A DNA stretch of 64,000 bases from an uncultured cyanobacterium (GCA_963744145.1 CAVUSO010000001.1:7456001-7520000), one strand, 5' to 3'. Positions 7,671-17,982 are shown, numbered from the stretch's first letter. The notes: a model not told the origin generated them from the letters alone. Numbers and translations are program-made.

Positions 7671-9045
7671 GTCTGTTCAGCTAGAGATACCATTAGAACT
7701 GCCAAAAGTCAAGCTTTCTCTTAAATCGGTTAAGAATCCAAGAATTGGTAAGTCTGAAGACAAAGAACTGATTCCTATTCCTGATGTCCCGATCGCTCCT
7801 AATTTAGATTTGGGAATGCAATATTTTATTCCTGAATGGGACGATCGCGTAGACCCTCACTATAATTTTTTGGATGATGCTCTGACACCGGGTCGAGACT
7901 CTTACAATGATGATTTATATGCTCATCAGATTTATAACAGTCCTAACTATAATGGAATTTTAGTTTCTAAGGGAATTGTCGAGCGTAGTAAAAAAAAGAA
8001 AGCACTAATTGAAAAAATAGGAATTCACAAATTTATCCGATTTTCAGGTTCAGTAATGGGAGATTGTGGAGCTTTTGGATATATCAATCAAGAGGTTCCT
8101 CCCTATAATACAGAAGAAATTCTAGAATACTATGAACGCATCGGATTTGACTATGGAGTGAGTATAGATCACCTGATTGTTGGATCATTTGCTGAATCCG
8201 GAGTGAGGGAAAAAAGATACAATTTAACCATAAAGAATGCAGAAGATTTTATCCATAAGCATCGAGCGATCGGATATAAATTCACTCCCATTGGTGCAGT
8301 TCAAGGGTGGGACCCAAAATCTTATGCTAATGCGGTCAAAGACTATATTAAAATGGGCTATAAATATATTGCATTGGGGGGACTAGCTAGGACTCCTAGC
8401 AAAGAGATTCTAAAAATATTAGAAAGTATTCACCCACATTTAACTTCCCAAACTCAGATGCACCTGTTTGGGGTAGGACGACTCAATGCTGTTCCAGCTT
8501 TCCGTCATTTAGGAGTAACCAGTTTTGATTCTGCAAGTCCATTGCGTAAAGCTTGGCTGGATTCAGCCGCAAATTACCATACTTTAGATGGTAAAACCTA
8601 TGCAGCTATTCGCATTCCTAAAGTAGATGGCTATGGGGTGCGTATTAAGCGATTGTTGGAAGCAGATGTATCAGATCGGGCAACCCTAAAAAGTCTTGAG
8701 GAAGATGCACTTACTAAACTGCGGGAGTTTAATTTAGGTCTTGTTACTTTAGAGTCAACCCTCTCATCACTACTTGCTTTAGACGAGTTACTAGAATTAC
8801 CTCGTGATGGTCAGGTAAACTCTCAAGAAAAAGCCAGACGCTTACATAGACACACGCAAATGTATCAGGAGCTTTTGGAGGAACAGCCTTGGAAGAAATG
8901 TGATTGTGTAATCTGTCAAGAAATTGGGATTGAAGTTGTAATTTTCCGAGGAAATGATCGTAACCGTAGACGTGGCTTCCATAATACCTATATTTTCCAT
9001 AAGCGCTTTAATGCCTTACTTAAAAATGAAAAATTTTTGAACTAA
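7630..9045 (+). CDS. dpdA: DpdA-like guanine transglycosylase (probable DNA 7-deazaguanine modification enzyme)
   Basis: TGT-fold motifs MGDCGAF, SIDH, GAVQG, ALGG, HLFG and SFDSAS, plus the Zn site CDCVIC...HN. It has YFIPEWDDRVDP rather than a canonical tRNA Tgt N-terminus, and sits next to DGQHR and helicase genes. Confidence 0.8.
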   Translation: MTNQNYLSRLLDPESVQLEIPLELPKVKLSLKSVKNPRIGKSEDKELIPIPDVPIAPNLDLGMQYFIPEWDDRVDPHYNFLDDALTPGRDSYNDDLYAHQIYNSPNYNGILVSKGIVERSKKKKALIEKIGIHKFIRFSGSVMGDCGAFGYINQEVPPYNTEEILEYYERIGFDYGVSIDHLIVGSFAESGVREKRYNLTIKNAEDFIHKHRAIGYKFTPIGAVQGWDPKSYANAVKDYIKMGYKYIALGGLARTPSKEILKILESIHPHLTSQTQMHLFGVGRLNAVPAFRHLGVTSFDSASPLRKAWLDSAANYHTLDGKTYAAIRIPKVDGYGVRIKRLLEADVSDRATLKSLEEDALTKLREFNLGLVTLESTLSSLLALDELLELPRDGQVNSQEKARRLHRHTQMYQELLEEQPWKKCDCVICQEIGIEVVIFRGNDRNRRRGFHNTYIFHKRFNALLKNEKFLN

Positions 9046-9055
9046 AGAGGATTCA

Positions 9056-9636
9056 GTGGAAAAGAAATTTTTGCCGCTCTTCTCTATGGACCACGCGGGT
9101 CTGTTAAGAAAGTTGAAGGATATAGAAGGAGATTACGGGATTCTAGCTCCCCTTTCCTGCCCAAAAAATCTTCTTAAAGATATTCGCAATACAGGTAAAC
9201 TTTTCTTTATTGACAGTGGTGTTTTTGAAAATCAAGCTCCTCCCTGGTACTACCAACTTCATTGTGAGTTCCTTCAGCAGCGATGGGTGCGAGAATTACG
9301 TTTGACTTCGGAACAACAATTAAGACAGAGGGTAAAAGACTATTTGAGTTTATGTGACATGATATTGGCTATCAGTGCATTGCTTTGGGAGGTTTATTAA
9401 AAGCCGACACTACTATGCCAACTGGTTTGAGGTTTGGTTTATCCGCTCAGGAACTAGATGAATTACTTACATGGGCTAGACCTGAATTGGTTTTAGGAGG
9501 TCTGGCTTTAAGCCGTATAGAAGTCCTCAAGAAACACAATGTTTGGGCTGATTCTACCAATTGGCTCTGGTGGGATGCTCGTTATGATCGGCAAAGGTTT
9601 GGACATCGGAATGTTTTTCAGGAAATTTTAGGGTGA
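9056..9636 (+). pseudogene. Split, internally deleted second TGT-fold-like gene
   Basis: Two short overlapping ORFs (9056-9400 with FFIDSGVF; 9385-9636 with VWADSTNW), together too short for a full barrel. Confidence 0.5.
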
Positions 9637-9678
9637 ATATTGTCATTACCCGTCAACAACAGTAGTATAACCATTCAA

Positions 9679-10773
9679 TTAGATAAGACCATTTACTGGG
9701 GCAACACCAACAAATTCACGCAGTGTCTTATGACACAAATCTACGGTTGTCTTTGTATTGGAAATAATCGGTTCTCCTTTAGCACCAACTTGTGTTACTC
9801 CTCTTTCTCGCCATCAAGCATTCTCGCGCTGCCACTCTATCTTTCGGAGCCGATATAACCATTGAACAATATCTTCTTCAGGAATAGCTTCTAGATAGAA
9901 TTCATGAGCCAGCATTCCTAATGCTTGGAATACAATAGCTGTTACTGCAAGTGAATTCTGTCTTTGCTTAGTGCGTTCCTCTTTACTTTTAATGCTCCAC
10001 GGGTCGTTAGGTAGAACACTCGCGGTTGCTGCCCAGAATGTGGTTGCCCAGCTAGTTAGTGGCTCCAAACCCTCTTTAGATTTTAAATAAGGGAACATAT
10101 GTCGGGTAGCTGTAACTAGGGTAGAAAATGTCAGCAATTTGGAATTATGTTTACCTAAGCCGTTTTCAACCATCTCTACATTGTTACGGAACTGAGGGAC
10201 TCGCTTAATCAAGTCTTTGGCAATTAAAACCACAGGCGATCGCTGATCGAAAGCGTGAGAGAGCGACACGCTTGGTCTTTGAACTAGAAGGTTTTGATCG
10301 CGGAAAGCTTGACGTTCCTCCTCCAATGACAGTCCAGCATATAAAAGTACCCCAATTTCAAGTTGAGAAAGGATTGGTAGATATTCCCACTGTTCAACTT
10401 GGATGTCTTTTAGTGCTTGACGGATACCAAAACATCTATGCTGACCGTCTGTCAAACCCAGAGTAACCGAGTGGTAAGGAAGAAAGATGCTGCCATTGCT
10501 ATAAGTCGGTGATAGTTGAACATTTACACAAATCGGTGGGAAAAACGTAGTACCAACTTGGTAAGTCTCCAGAATATACCGGGCGATCGCTTTAACTCTC
10601 GTAGCGTTGGGTTTGCGTTGAGCAAAATCTGGCAAATCTGACTCATTGGGAACATAAAGGCGATCGTCATTTAGCAGTCGGGCGACATCGCCAAAAAACA
10701 GAGAGCCAACATAACTTTGATGTTCACTCTGTGGTCCCCGACAAACAGGTACAGCTCGAATTACAAGTTCCAT
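9679..10773 (-). pseudogene. DGQHR-domain (DndB/DpdB-like) protein with a probable premature TGA at 9814-9816
   Basis: FAQR, FFPPI and TDGQHR motifs. After the TGA the same frame continues for 44 sense codons (WRERGVTQVGAKGEPIISNTK...) to TAA at 9679-9681. Confidence 0.7.
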
Positions 10774-10867
10774 TATTAATTTATTTGTTAGAGGAGCAAA
10801 TCTCGTAGCTTAAGCATGTAGTCATGTATACATGGTAGCAAGGATTCTGTCAAGCTGACTAGAATGC

Positions 10868-11152
10868 TTGAGTACCCTTTCAGGCAATCTAACCTTGTCT
10901 TCAACAGTCCGTGTCCCGGATGAACTCTACACAGCACTGCGCCAAATCAGGCTTTCACTTGAAAGCGAACACCAAAGTGCTGCACCTACTGTGCAGGACA
11001 TGATTAGTGTCGCCCTAAAACGATTTATCACTGATTGGGAGAACAATGACAAGCAAAATCAGCTTTTAGATGAGTTACTAGAACATCGCAGAGTTGCCCG
11101 TTCAAATATGGGTAAGAGATATACTAATGTTGGGGAAGAGAGGGCAAAATGA
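10868..11152 (+). CDS. Small hypothetical protein, possibly ribbon-helix-helix DNA binding
   Basis: STVRVPDELYTALR...TVQDMISVALKRF pattern; overlaps the helicase start. Confidence 0.5.
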   Translation: MSTLSGNLTLSSTVRVPDELYTALRQIRLSLESEHQSAAPTVQDMISVALKRFITDWENNDKQNQLLDELLEHRRVARSNMGKRYTNVGEERAK

Positions 11153-11938
11153 TTGATATGACCACCTTCTATGAGTGTCTTGCCCAGCCGACTGCTCGTG
11201 GCTATGATCTTGATGATAAGCAGAAACAAGCTGTCGAGTATGAGGGCAGCCCATTGTGGCTTATTGCAGGACCAGGCTCAGGTAAAAGCGAAGTACTGGT
11301 TACACGTACCCTAAAACTGCTTTGTGTAGATGGTCTAAAACCACGCTCTATTCTATTAACTACTTTTACAACTAAAGCAGCACGTAAACTTGAAGATCGT
11401 CTAGCCAAGTAGCATTACAAAATAACGATCCTAGTCTTAAAGATATCGATCTAGCTGATATCAGAATAGGAACACTATACAGCCTGTGCAATGACATTCT
11501 GCAAGAATACCGCTACCCAGACTACCAAAATTTTCGTCTTCTTGATCGGGTAGAACAGGATTTGTTCACCTACCATTACGCCAAAATTTCAAATCATCAA
11601 GATTTAGCTTTCTGGAAACAGTTTGAGTATACTGTGGATGATTGGCGTAACCCAAAAAATTACTCTCCTAATAAATGGAAGCGCACTAAGGTGATACCTG
11701 TCCACCTAAACGTCCAGTTAGTGCAGTGATTGAGGTCAGCCTTGCTTCTAACAAAATTAGTGATGCTGTGAATGAATTTGCTGAAACAGTAAAGCAGATT
11801 GAACAATCACGCAGCACCGACCGATGGAATGCAGCTAACCCAAGCTCTATTAGCGAAAAAGATTGTAATATTTGTGATCTTCGTTGGGACTGCCTGACTC
11901 CAAATGGTGGAAAGGGTGTCCAGTTAAGATATCCATGA
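11149..11938 (+). pseudogene. Decayed UvrD/REP-family helicase with a C-terminal nuclease-type remnant
   Basis: Walker A IAGPGSGKS and motif Ia TTFTTKAA. A frame break at about 11410 is followed by IRIGTLYSLC (motif Ib), then an apparent large deletion near 11690 joins to a CNICDLRWDC C-terminus. Confidence 0.8.
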
Positions 11939-12251
11939 TGGGTAAAAAAAGAATTAAAGAAAGCTAAAGGATAATAACTGTATGACATTATCACACGATT
12001 GGATAACTTGCAATGAAAGAGTTACCGGACGAACAAACACTAGCGGAACTGGTTGAGTTAGCCAAAGGCTTTGAAAACCAATGCCGAAAACTGTATGAGA
12101 TGTCAGAATCCTTTGTTCAAAAGTATGAAAAACGCATAGATGAAGCAAAACTCTCACAGATGCCGATTCAAGTCAAGGATTACAAGTAAGATCAGCATCT
12201 GCTTAAGTTAGAATAGGAAATTAGGAACATATTAGAGGAGGTATTATAGAT

Positions 12252-12668
12252 TTGGCAGCAAAAGATATTTATCATAATGTTGTAAAAATAGCCCTAGAAA
12301 AAGATGGCTGGATAATTACAGACGATCCATTAAGGTTAACAATTGGTAGCCGTTCGGTTTATGTGGATTTAGGGGCAGAAAAGTTATTTGCTGCGGAGAA
12401 AGAAGGACGCAAAATTGCAGTAGAGGTTAAGAGTTTTATTAATCCATCTCCTGTTAATGATTTAGAAAATGCTTTGGGTCAATACATTTTATATTCAAAG
12501 ATTTTGGAAGAACAACAACCAGAACGAGTCATTTATTTAGCGATTCCTACAAACGTATTTCAAGAGATATTCAGTGAACCTATTGGAGAAATATTGTTAC
12601 GAAAAACCGATTTACTTTTATTAGTTTTCGATCCAAGAAAGGAGATAATTGTGCAATGGACGAGTTAG
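12252..12668 (+). CDS. xisH: XisH family protein
   Basis: AKDIYH..VK.ALEKDGW.ITDDPL...DLGAEK...IAVEVKSF...ALGQYILY signature. Confidence 0.93.
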   Translation: MAAKDIYHNVVKIALEKDGWIITDDPLRLTIGSRSVYVDLGAEKLFAAEKEGRKIAVEVKSFINPSPVNDLENALGQYILYSKILEEQQPERVIYLAIPTNVFQEIFSEPIGEILLRKTDLLLLVFDPRKEIIVQWTS

Positions 12669-12988
12669 AAAATTATCGAAAAATTATTTCTGATGTTTTG
12701 CAATATCATACTAGGATTCCCTATGCCTATGGTGAGATTGATTGCTTGTTAATTATCAGTGAGGATAGAAATCATTTTTTGTTGATGAATAATGGCTGGA
12801 ATTATTTACAAAGAATTCATGGGTGTTTAGTTCACATTCAAATCATTGACGATTTGATTTGGATTTGGCGCGATGGGATTGAGGATGGGGTTACAGATGA
12901 TTTAGTAGCAAGAGGAATTCCTAAAAATAAGATTGTTTTAGGTTTTCAACCGCCAGAGGTAAGGCAATATACGGGGTATGCCTACTAA
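12656..12988 (+). CDS. xisI: XisI family protein
   Basis: GW...RIHGCLVHI.I....IWI..DG.EDG...DLV..GIPK.KIVLGF signature; overlaps xisH. Confidence 0.93.
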   Translation: MDELENYRKIISDVLQYHTRIPYAYGEIDCLLIISEDRNHFLLMNNGWNYLQRIHGCLVHIQIIDDLIWIWRDGIEDGVTDDLVARGIPKNKIVLGFQPPEVRQYTGYAY

Positions 12989-13017
12989 CCTTGACAAAAA
13001 ACCAATGGAGTTAAACG

Positions 13018-13347
13018 AACTGGATTGGTATTTAATCAGCGATCGCTTGTAGATCAATGGGGTGTAGGGGCGAAGCATTCGGGCGACAATTTACCGCTTA
13101 AACCAGCAATATTAGATCCGAATGCTTCGCCCTTCTTCTGTGCTGAGCTCCCCAAAAAATCCTGAACTGAATGGATTGTAATATCTAGTTGATCTGTTGG
13201 TTGCATAGATGGCGGGGCAAAGCATTTCGGTAATATTATTCTTCGTTTCAGCAATCATTTATGCGCCGAAATGCTTTGCCCCTACGAGTAACTAAACTGG
13301 ATTGGTATTTAATCAGCGATCGCTTGCCGATCAATAGGGTGTAGGGC
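13018..13347. repeat. Single REPIN/BIME-like unit (two inverted GTAG hairpins), same family as the 41510-43057 array
   Basis: GTAGGGGCGAAGCATTCGG...CCGAATGCTTCGCCC and GGGGCAAAGCATTTCGG...CCGAAATGCTTTGCCCCTAC. Confidence 0.88.
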
Positions 13348-15027
13348 ATTGATAGGAGAAGTATTAACGCGCCAAAGTTGATCCAAACGAGTTGCCGGAA
13401 TGGTTAAATATAATACGTCCCCTATAGTTAAGCAAGTTTCTAAAACATCCCAACCATGTATAGTTTGTAACTTAGTTTCAACATATAAAGGTACAAAATC
13501 TGCATCCATCGCGGCATCTTTCACACGCTTACCACAAAAGGGATGTTCAGAAGTAATAAAAGTTCCTAAAGCAATCCAGAGACTCTCAGCCGTCAGCCCA
13601 TTACCTAAAATTCTGCCTCCTAAAGCAGCAGCGGCAAAGGCTGGTGCAGCTAATTCAGTTGGACTTAATACTGCTTCAAATTGAAAAACTTTTTTGATTG
13701 TAAAAGCAAATTCTGAGTCTTGCACGCGGACAATAACTGGTAATTTAGATACCAAACCTTTAGTGCTTAAAGCAATTTCTAAATTCGCTATATCGTTACT
13801 GGTAACTGCTAGCAAAGCTTCTGCTTGATTAATATTTGCTGCTGCTAAAGTAGCAGATAAACTAGCATCTCCTTGAATGATGGGAATACCTAAAGCACGC
13901 ACAGTATTGAGAAATCGATTATTGGGATCTGATTCAATTACTACTACTTCATGTCCATGAGAATGCAATTGATTGACTATCTGCACTCCTACCCCACCAA
14001 GCCCACAAATGATAAAATGGTTGCGCTGGGGAACTCTGGCAGCATCCCAAAATTGTTTTAAGCGAGTTCCTAAGACAAAATCGTTAAGTAGTGCGTAGAA
14101 AATACCAATGATTGCTGCACCAAGCAGCATCATTAAAACGGTAAAAATTTTAATGCTATTTGGAGCATTTTCTGCTACTTTGTCATTCCCACCTGCGCCA
14201 GTAATCATCCCAACAGAAAAATAAATTGCATCCGCAATAGATGTATCAAAATCGAAAAAGATATAAGTAAAACTGGCAATTAAAATAGTTAGCACTAGCG
14301 CGATAGTAACAAGAGCTAATGGTTGGAGGTGTTCCTGTAACCATTGCAGATTAGTTAATATTTTCCACACTTTATTAAGGTAAGATTGGCGCTGATTACG
14401 GACACTAGGTTGTGTGCCAACAATTAGGCGATCGCCTACTGCTAATTGTTGTCCATAAATAACAGCAGAAACTAGATCTATTTGTTCTTGGATTGGTAAA
14501 TAATAAATCAACATTCGCGATCGCTCATCCCACAAATCACTTAATTTGCGACCTTTCCAAGGATGCTGTTCGTGAATATATTCTTCATGGATAGGCCAAG
14601 TTTGGTTAAATAATCTTAATTGTCCGATCGCTCTATTCCCCAACGCCGTAAAAGCAAATACGGGTGCAGCTAGCGCCGCTTCACTCATGGTAAAATGTTC
14701 AGGTAGAATTTTATCTAAACGATCACCTAAGCTAGTATTAAACAGTCTATTGATAATCCGAATCTGAGGATTGAGAACTCGTGCTTGGGTCAGGATGGCT
14801 AAATTGAGTGTTTCATTATTCCCAGCAATTACCAATGTATGTGCTTCGTTAATTCCAGCGGAGATCAGTGTGGAAGCTGCTTTTAAATCCCCAATTACAA
14901 TATTATGCTCGGGATCGGGAATATACTGATCGTTAATCCCGGTTACAAATGCTCCTTGCTGTTTTAGTAAGCTAAATATTTTATAGCCAGTCGAACCTAA
15001 GCCACAAACGATGATTCGAGGTTTCAT
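13309..15027 (-). CDS. Potassium channel family protein with TrkA-N/RCK domains
   Basis: Two IIVCGLG/IICGLG Rossmann motifs flank two TM helices with the pore-like segment YFSVGMITGAGG. Confidence 0.88.
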   Translation of the reverse strand: MKPRIIVCGLGSTGYKIFSLLKQQGAFVTGINDQYIPDPEHNIVIGDLKAASTLISAGINEAHTLVIAGNNETLNLAILTQARVLNPQIRIINRLFNTSLGDRLDKILPEHFTMSEAALAAPVFAFTALGNRAIGQLRLFNQTWPIHEEYIHEQHPWKGRKLSDLWDERSRMLIYYLPIQEQIDLVSAVIYGQQLAVGDRLIVGTQPSVRNQRQSYLNKVWKILTNLQWLQEHLQPLALVTIALVLTILIASFTYIFFDFDTSIADAIYFSVGMITGAGGNDKVAENAPNSIKIFTVLMMLLGAAIIGIFYALLNDFVLGTRLKQFWDAARVPQRNHFIICGLGGVGVQIVNQLHSHGHEVVVIESDPNNRFLNTVRALGIPIIQGDASLSATLAAANINQAEALLAVTSNDIANLEIALSTKGLVSKLPVIVRVQDSEFAFTIKKVFQFEAVLSPTELAAPAFAAAALGGRILGNGLTAESLWIALGTFITSEHPFCGKRVKDAAMDADFVPLYVETKLQTIHGWDVLETCLTIGDVLYLTIPATRLDQLWRVNTSPINALHPIDRQAIAD

Positions 15028-15246
15028 CTAGCCCCCCAGAAGACCTACGCCGTGAACTAAACCGTTGCGAAACAATGATTGAGAATCCCCATTAGTTTAT
15101 TTAAACCTTTATTCTGGATCGCGATCGCTTTTCAATCTGTAACTTACAACACCTTGACAAATCAAACGGGACTTACTAGAAAAAATCGGTAGTGCCTGCA
15201 AGATAGTGCAGGTACAAAAAATCAATAGTTTCGGAGTCTTCAACAA

Positions 15247-15410
15247 CCCTTCGACTACCCTTCGACTACCCTTCGACTACCCTTCGACTACCCTTCGACT
15301 ACCCTTCGACTACCCTTCGACTACCCTTCGACTACCCTTCGACTACGCTCAGGGCAAGCGCTCAGGGCAAGCGCTCAGGGCAAGCGCTCAGGGCAAGCGC
15401 TCAGGGCAAG
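15247..15410. repeat. Bipartite tandem repeat (CCCTTCGACTA)x9 followed by (CGCTCAGGGCAAG)x5
   Basis: Counted directly; the copies are perfect. Confidence 0.97.
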
Positions 15411-15687
15411 CCAAACCAGGTTAGCCAGATCAACGATTTGACCCAGGGGCGTATTGCAATGAGCGCCCGTACAGCTCTAATGGCCCGGGAAATATCTCGA
15501 GCTATAATCAGATAGGCTAGATGGCCTTTTTGTAATCTTTGAATTTTTTTTCAAAAAAAATTTATCTTGGCAACGGTTGATCACAGACTGTCAGACTACC
15601 GATCAACTTTAAAGACTCAGATAACTTGTGATTAAATACACTTGCATCTTAATTTCAAATCTTTCCGGCAACTTAAAATCAACACCC

Positions 15688-16572
15688 ATGAATAGTTTCA
15701 TTTTGCCTTTAGCTTTTCAATTTACTTCCCCAGGACCGATTATATTTCAACTGGGACCACTGACTATCCGTTGGTACGGTCTTTTAATTGCCTCAGCAGT
15801 TCTGATCGGAGTTACTCTGTCTCAATCTCTAGCTAAACGTCGCAATATTAACCCTGACCTGATCAGTGACCTGGCGTTTTGGTTAGTGCTGGGTGCAATT
15901 CCTTGCGCTCGCTTATATTATGTTGCGTTTGAATGGCGACAATATGTTTCCAACCCAATGGATATCTTTGCGATCTGGAAAGGTGGGATTGCGATTCATG
16001 GGGCAATTATTGGGGCTTTAGTAGCGATGTTAATTTTTGCCCGTATCCAAAAAATTTCTTTCTGGCAATTAGCTGATTTAGTTGCTCCTGCGGCAATTTT
16101 AGGTCAAGCGATCGGTCGTTGGGGCAATTTTTTCAATTCGGAAGCTTTTGGTCGTCCGACTGATTTGCCATGGAAACTTTATATTCCGATGGAAAATCGT
16201 CCTTTTGATTACCAGTCCTTTGAATATTTTCATCCTACTTTTTTGTACGAATCGCTCTGGAATTTGATGGTTTTTGCTTTAATTCTGACTTTATTTTTTC
16301 GGAGTCTTAAGGGAAAACCACACCTAAAATTAGGCACTATATTTATTGTCTACTTTGTCACCTATAGTTTAGGTAGATTTTGGATTGAAGGATTGCGAAC
16401 TGATAGTTTGATGCTCGGGGCGCTTCGGATTGCTCAAGTGGTTAGTTTGTCGGGGGTTGTTTTCGGTTTATTGGCTTTAGTTTGGCTTTACATTTTTAAT
16501 CGTTCTCTGCCTGATATTGTGGCCGATGACTCTCCTCAAAATGAAGATGTCAAATTTCCCAATGGTGAATAA
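15688..16572 (+). CDS. lgt: Prolipoprotein diacylglyceryl transferase
   Basis: [38 protein letters not shown] and HPTFLYES motifs. Confidence 0.97.
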   Translation: MNSFILPLAFQFTSPGPIIFQLGPLTIRWYGLLIASAVLIGVTLSQSLAKRRNINPDLISDLAFWLVLGAIPCARLYYVAFEWRQYVSNPMDIFAIWKGGIAIHGAIIGALVAMLIFARIQKISFWQLADLVAPAAILGQAIGRWGNFFNSEAFGRPTDLPWKLYIPMENRPFDYQSFEYFHPTFLYESLWNLMVFALILTLFFRSLKGKPHLKLGTIFIVYFVTYSLGRFWIEGLRTDSLMLGALRIAQVVSLSGVVFGLLALVWLYIFNRSLPDIVADDSPQNEDVKFPNGE

Positions 16573-16624
16573 TTGTTGGTGTTGATTGCTAAAACTTTAT
16601 TATTTTCTCACAAATTTCTCTGTT

Positions 16625-16677
16625 AAAAAAGAAGGGGCGGATTACTCTTGCGCCCCTTAACCAGGGTACATCTACCA
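16625..16677 (-). ncRNA. NsiR1-like small RNA
   Basis: The minus strand reads TGGTAGATGTACCCTGG, resembling the NsiR1 5' motif as I recall it, followed by a GGGGCG/CGCCCC hairpin and a T-run. TCCGGA lies 30-35 nt upstream. Confidence 0.55.
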
Positions 16678-16706
16678 GTACTTTATTCTTGGTAAAATTT
16701 TTGAGA

Positions 16707-16712
16707 TCCGGA
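16707..16712 (-). promoter_or_regulatory. DIF1-type TCCGGA motif at about -35 of the putative sRNA
   Basis: Palindromic TCCGGA at the expected distance from 16677. Confidence 0.45.
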
Positions 16713-16825
16713 AAATGGAATTAAATTTAGGGGCAGATTTCCATCCGCCCCTAGAAGTTTTAGAGTCATCTTAAAATACACCGATTAATTCGATTGGTGG
16801 AAGGCTTAACCGCACAACCAAAGAG

Positions 16826-17710
16826 CTATAGGGGGATAACATCATGAAAAACATGATAATTAACACAACGACGCCCATCTGGTAAGACGGATATAATATC
16901 AACAAATCGCATATTCGAGAGAATTTCTGATGCGATAAAAGAATGACGAGCATGAATTACTTGTGAAACTGTTTCATCGAGTCCAGTTAATGTTACTAAC
17001 AGTTCTACTTGTTCTTGGGCTAGTTCTTCAGTAGTGAATCCATAAAGAGGACTACTATCATCGATCGGGTGCATCACTGTCCAACTCAAAGCAAAAATCG
17101 GAGATTTACGACGAATCAAATTCAGGTCATAGAAACGACGCATAGATTGATTTTCAGCAGTAATTTCATCGCGAGCTAAAGTTACTGCTATTTCAGCTTC
17201 TAAAATTTGATTATATCGTTGATTAGCAACACGAAAGATCAGGGTTGGTATTCCATTATAAGGAGCAATAACAGCGATTCGACTGAATAAAACTTTAGCA
17301 GTAGGACGGGCAAACCGAGAAAAAGCTAAACCTGTAATCATTGCTACCCCTAACAAACCAACTAAAGCTTCAATCGCAACTATCCCATTAGCATATAAGG
17401 TATTGGGTGACATTGTGCCATAACCAATAGTAGCCATGGTTTGGACACTGAAAAAAAAGACATCTTTAAAAGCACCAGGTTCAGCATTCTGGATACAATC
17501 TCCTCCTGCTAAATAAGCGATCGCAAATAAAGTATTAGTCAGGATAAATAATAAAGTAATTAGACCAAAAAATTTTGGCCAAGAAAGAGTTATCAATAAA
17601 TGATAAAGATCGTCCCAATCCCATCGAGAGACACCAATCCGAATTATATTGATGTGTCGATCAGGGGAAACTAAACGAACTTGGGCATGATGGGAGCGGG
17701 ATTTATTCAT
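16826..17710 (-). CDS. Inward-rectifier (KirBac-type) potassium channel
   Basis: FFFSVQTMATIGYG selectivity filter, followed by FARPTA and SWTVMHPID..SPL. Confidence 0.93.
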   Translation of the reverse strand: MNKSRSHHAQVRLVSPDRHINIIRIGVSRWDWDDLYHLLITLSWPKFFGLITLLFILTNTLFAIAYLAGGDCIQNAEPGAFKDVFFFSVQTMATIGYGTMSPNTLYANGIVAIEALVGLLGVAMITGLAFSRFARPTAKVLFSRIAVIAPYNGIPTLIFRVANQRYNQILEAEIAVTLARDEITAENQSMRRFYDLNLIRRKSPIFALSWTVMHPIDDSSPLYGFTTEELAQEQVELLVTLTGLDETVSQVIHARHSFIASEILSNMRFVDIISVLPDGRRCVNYHVFHDVIPL

Positions 17711-17946
17711 AAAACTCCTGAATTAGTAGTAGGATTGTAATCTTAATACTAAAAGTTGATCTGAGTAGCAACCAAGAAAAGATTTAGATAAAACCCCCAT
17801 TTCGTAATTCAAGATGTAGTATAAAAGTTACATAAAAGCCAAGAGCATTAATGAGTATAATGATATGTTAATTTTAGTCTAAGATTGGGGTAAAGGCGAT
17901 CGCTGGAAAAACGCCATGGGAATTTGGATCAATTTTAGACTAAAAT

Positions 17947-17978
17947 CGGGAAATTTTCATCAGCATAAAGACGCGCCA
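17947..17978 (-). pseudogene. Remnant (about 11 codons) of the DUF5615/PIN-like partner of DUF433
   Basis: ATG GCG CGT CT- TAT GCT GAT GAA AAT TTC CCG gives MARLYADENFP with a 1-nt deletion. It lies immediately after the DUF433 stop and is cut at a palindromic element. Confidence 0.55.
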
Positions 17979-17982
17979 TGTT

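Noticed and set aside
7630..9045. Housekeeping tRNA-guanine transglycosylase tgt
   Set aside because: It lacks the canonical Tgt N-terminus (TPxFMPVGT) and lies among DGQHR and helicase genes.
6927..12200. HIP1 depletion as evidence of recent horizontal acquisition of the dpdA locus
   Set aside because: GCGATCGC does occur inside it (about 7400, 10236 and 10583), and I cannot establish depletion by eye.
12252..12988. fdxN excision element
   Set aside because: There is no XisF recombinase or interrupted fdxN; stand-alone xisHI pairs are common in cyanobacteria.
13054..13254. Small ORFs 13054-13254 and 42401-42604 that resemble each other
   Set aside because: Both are read-throughs of the same REP unit.
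15206..15424. 72 aa ORF with repeated PSTTLRLPFDY
   Set aside because: It is a translation of the 11-mer and 13-mer DNA repeats.
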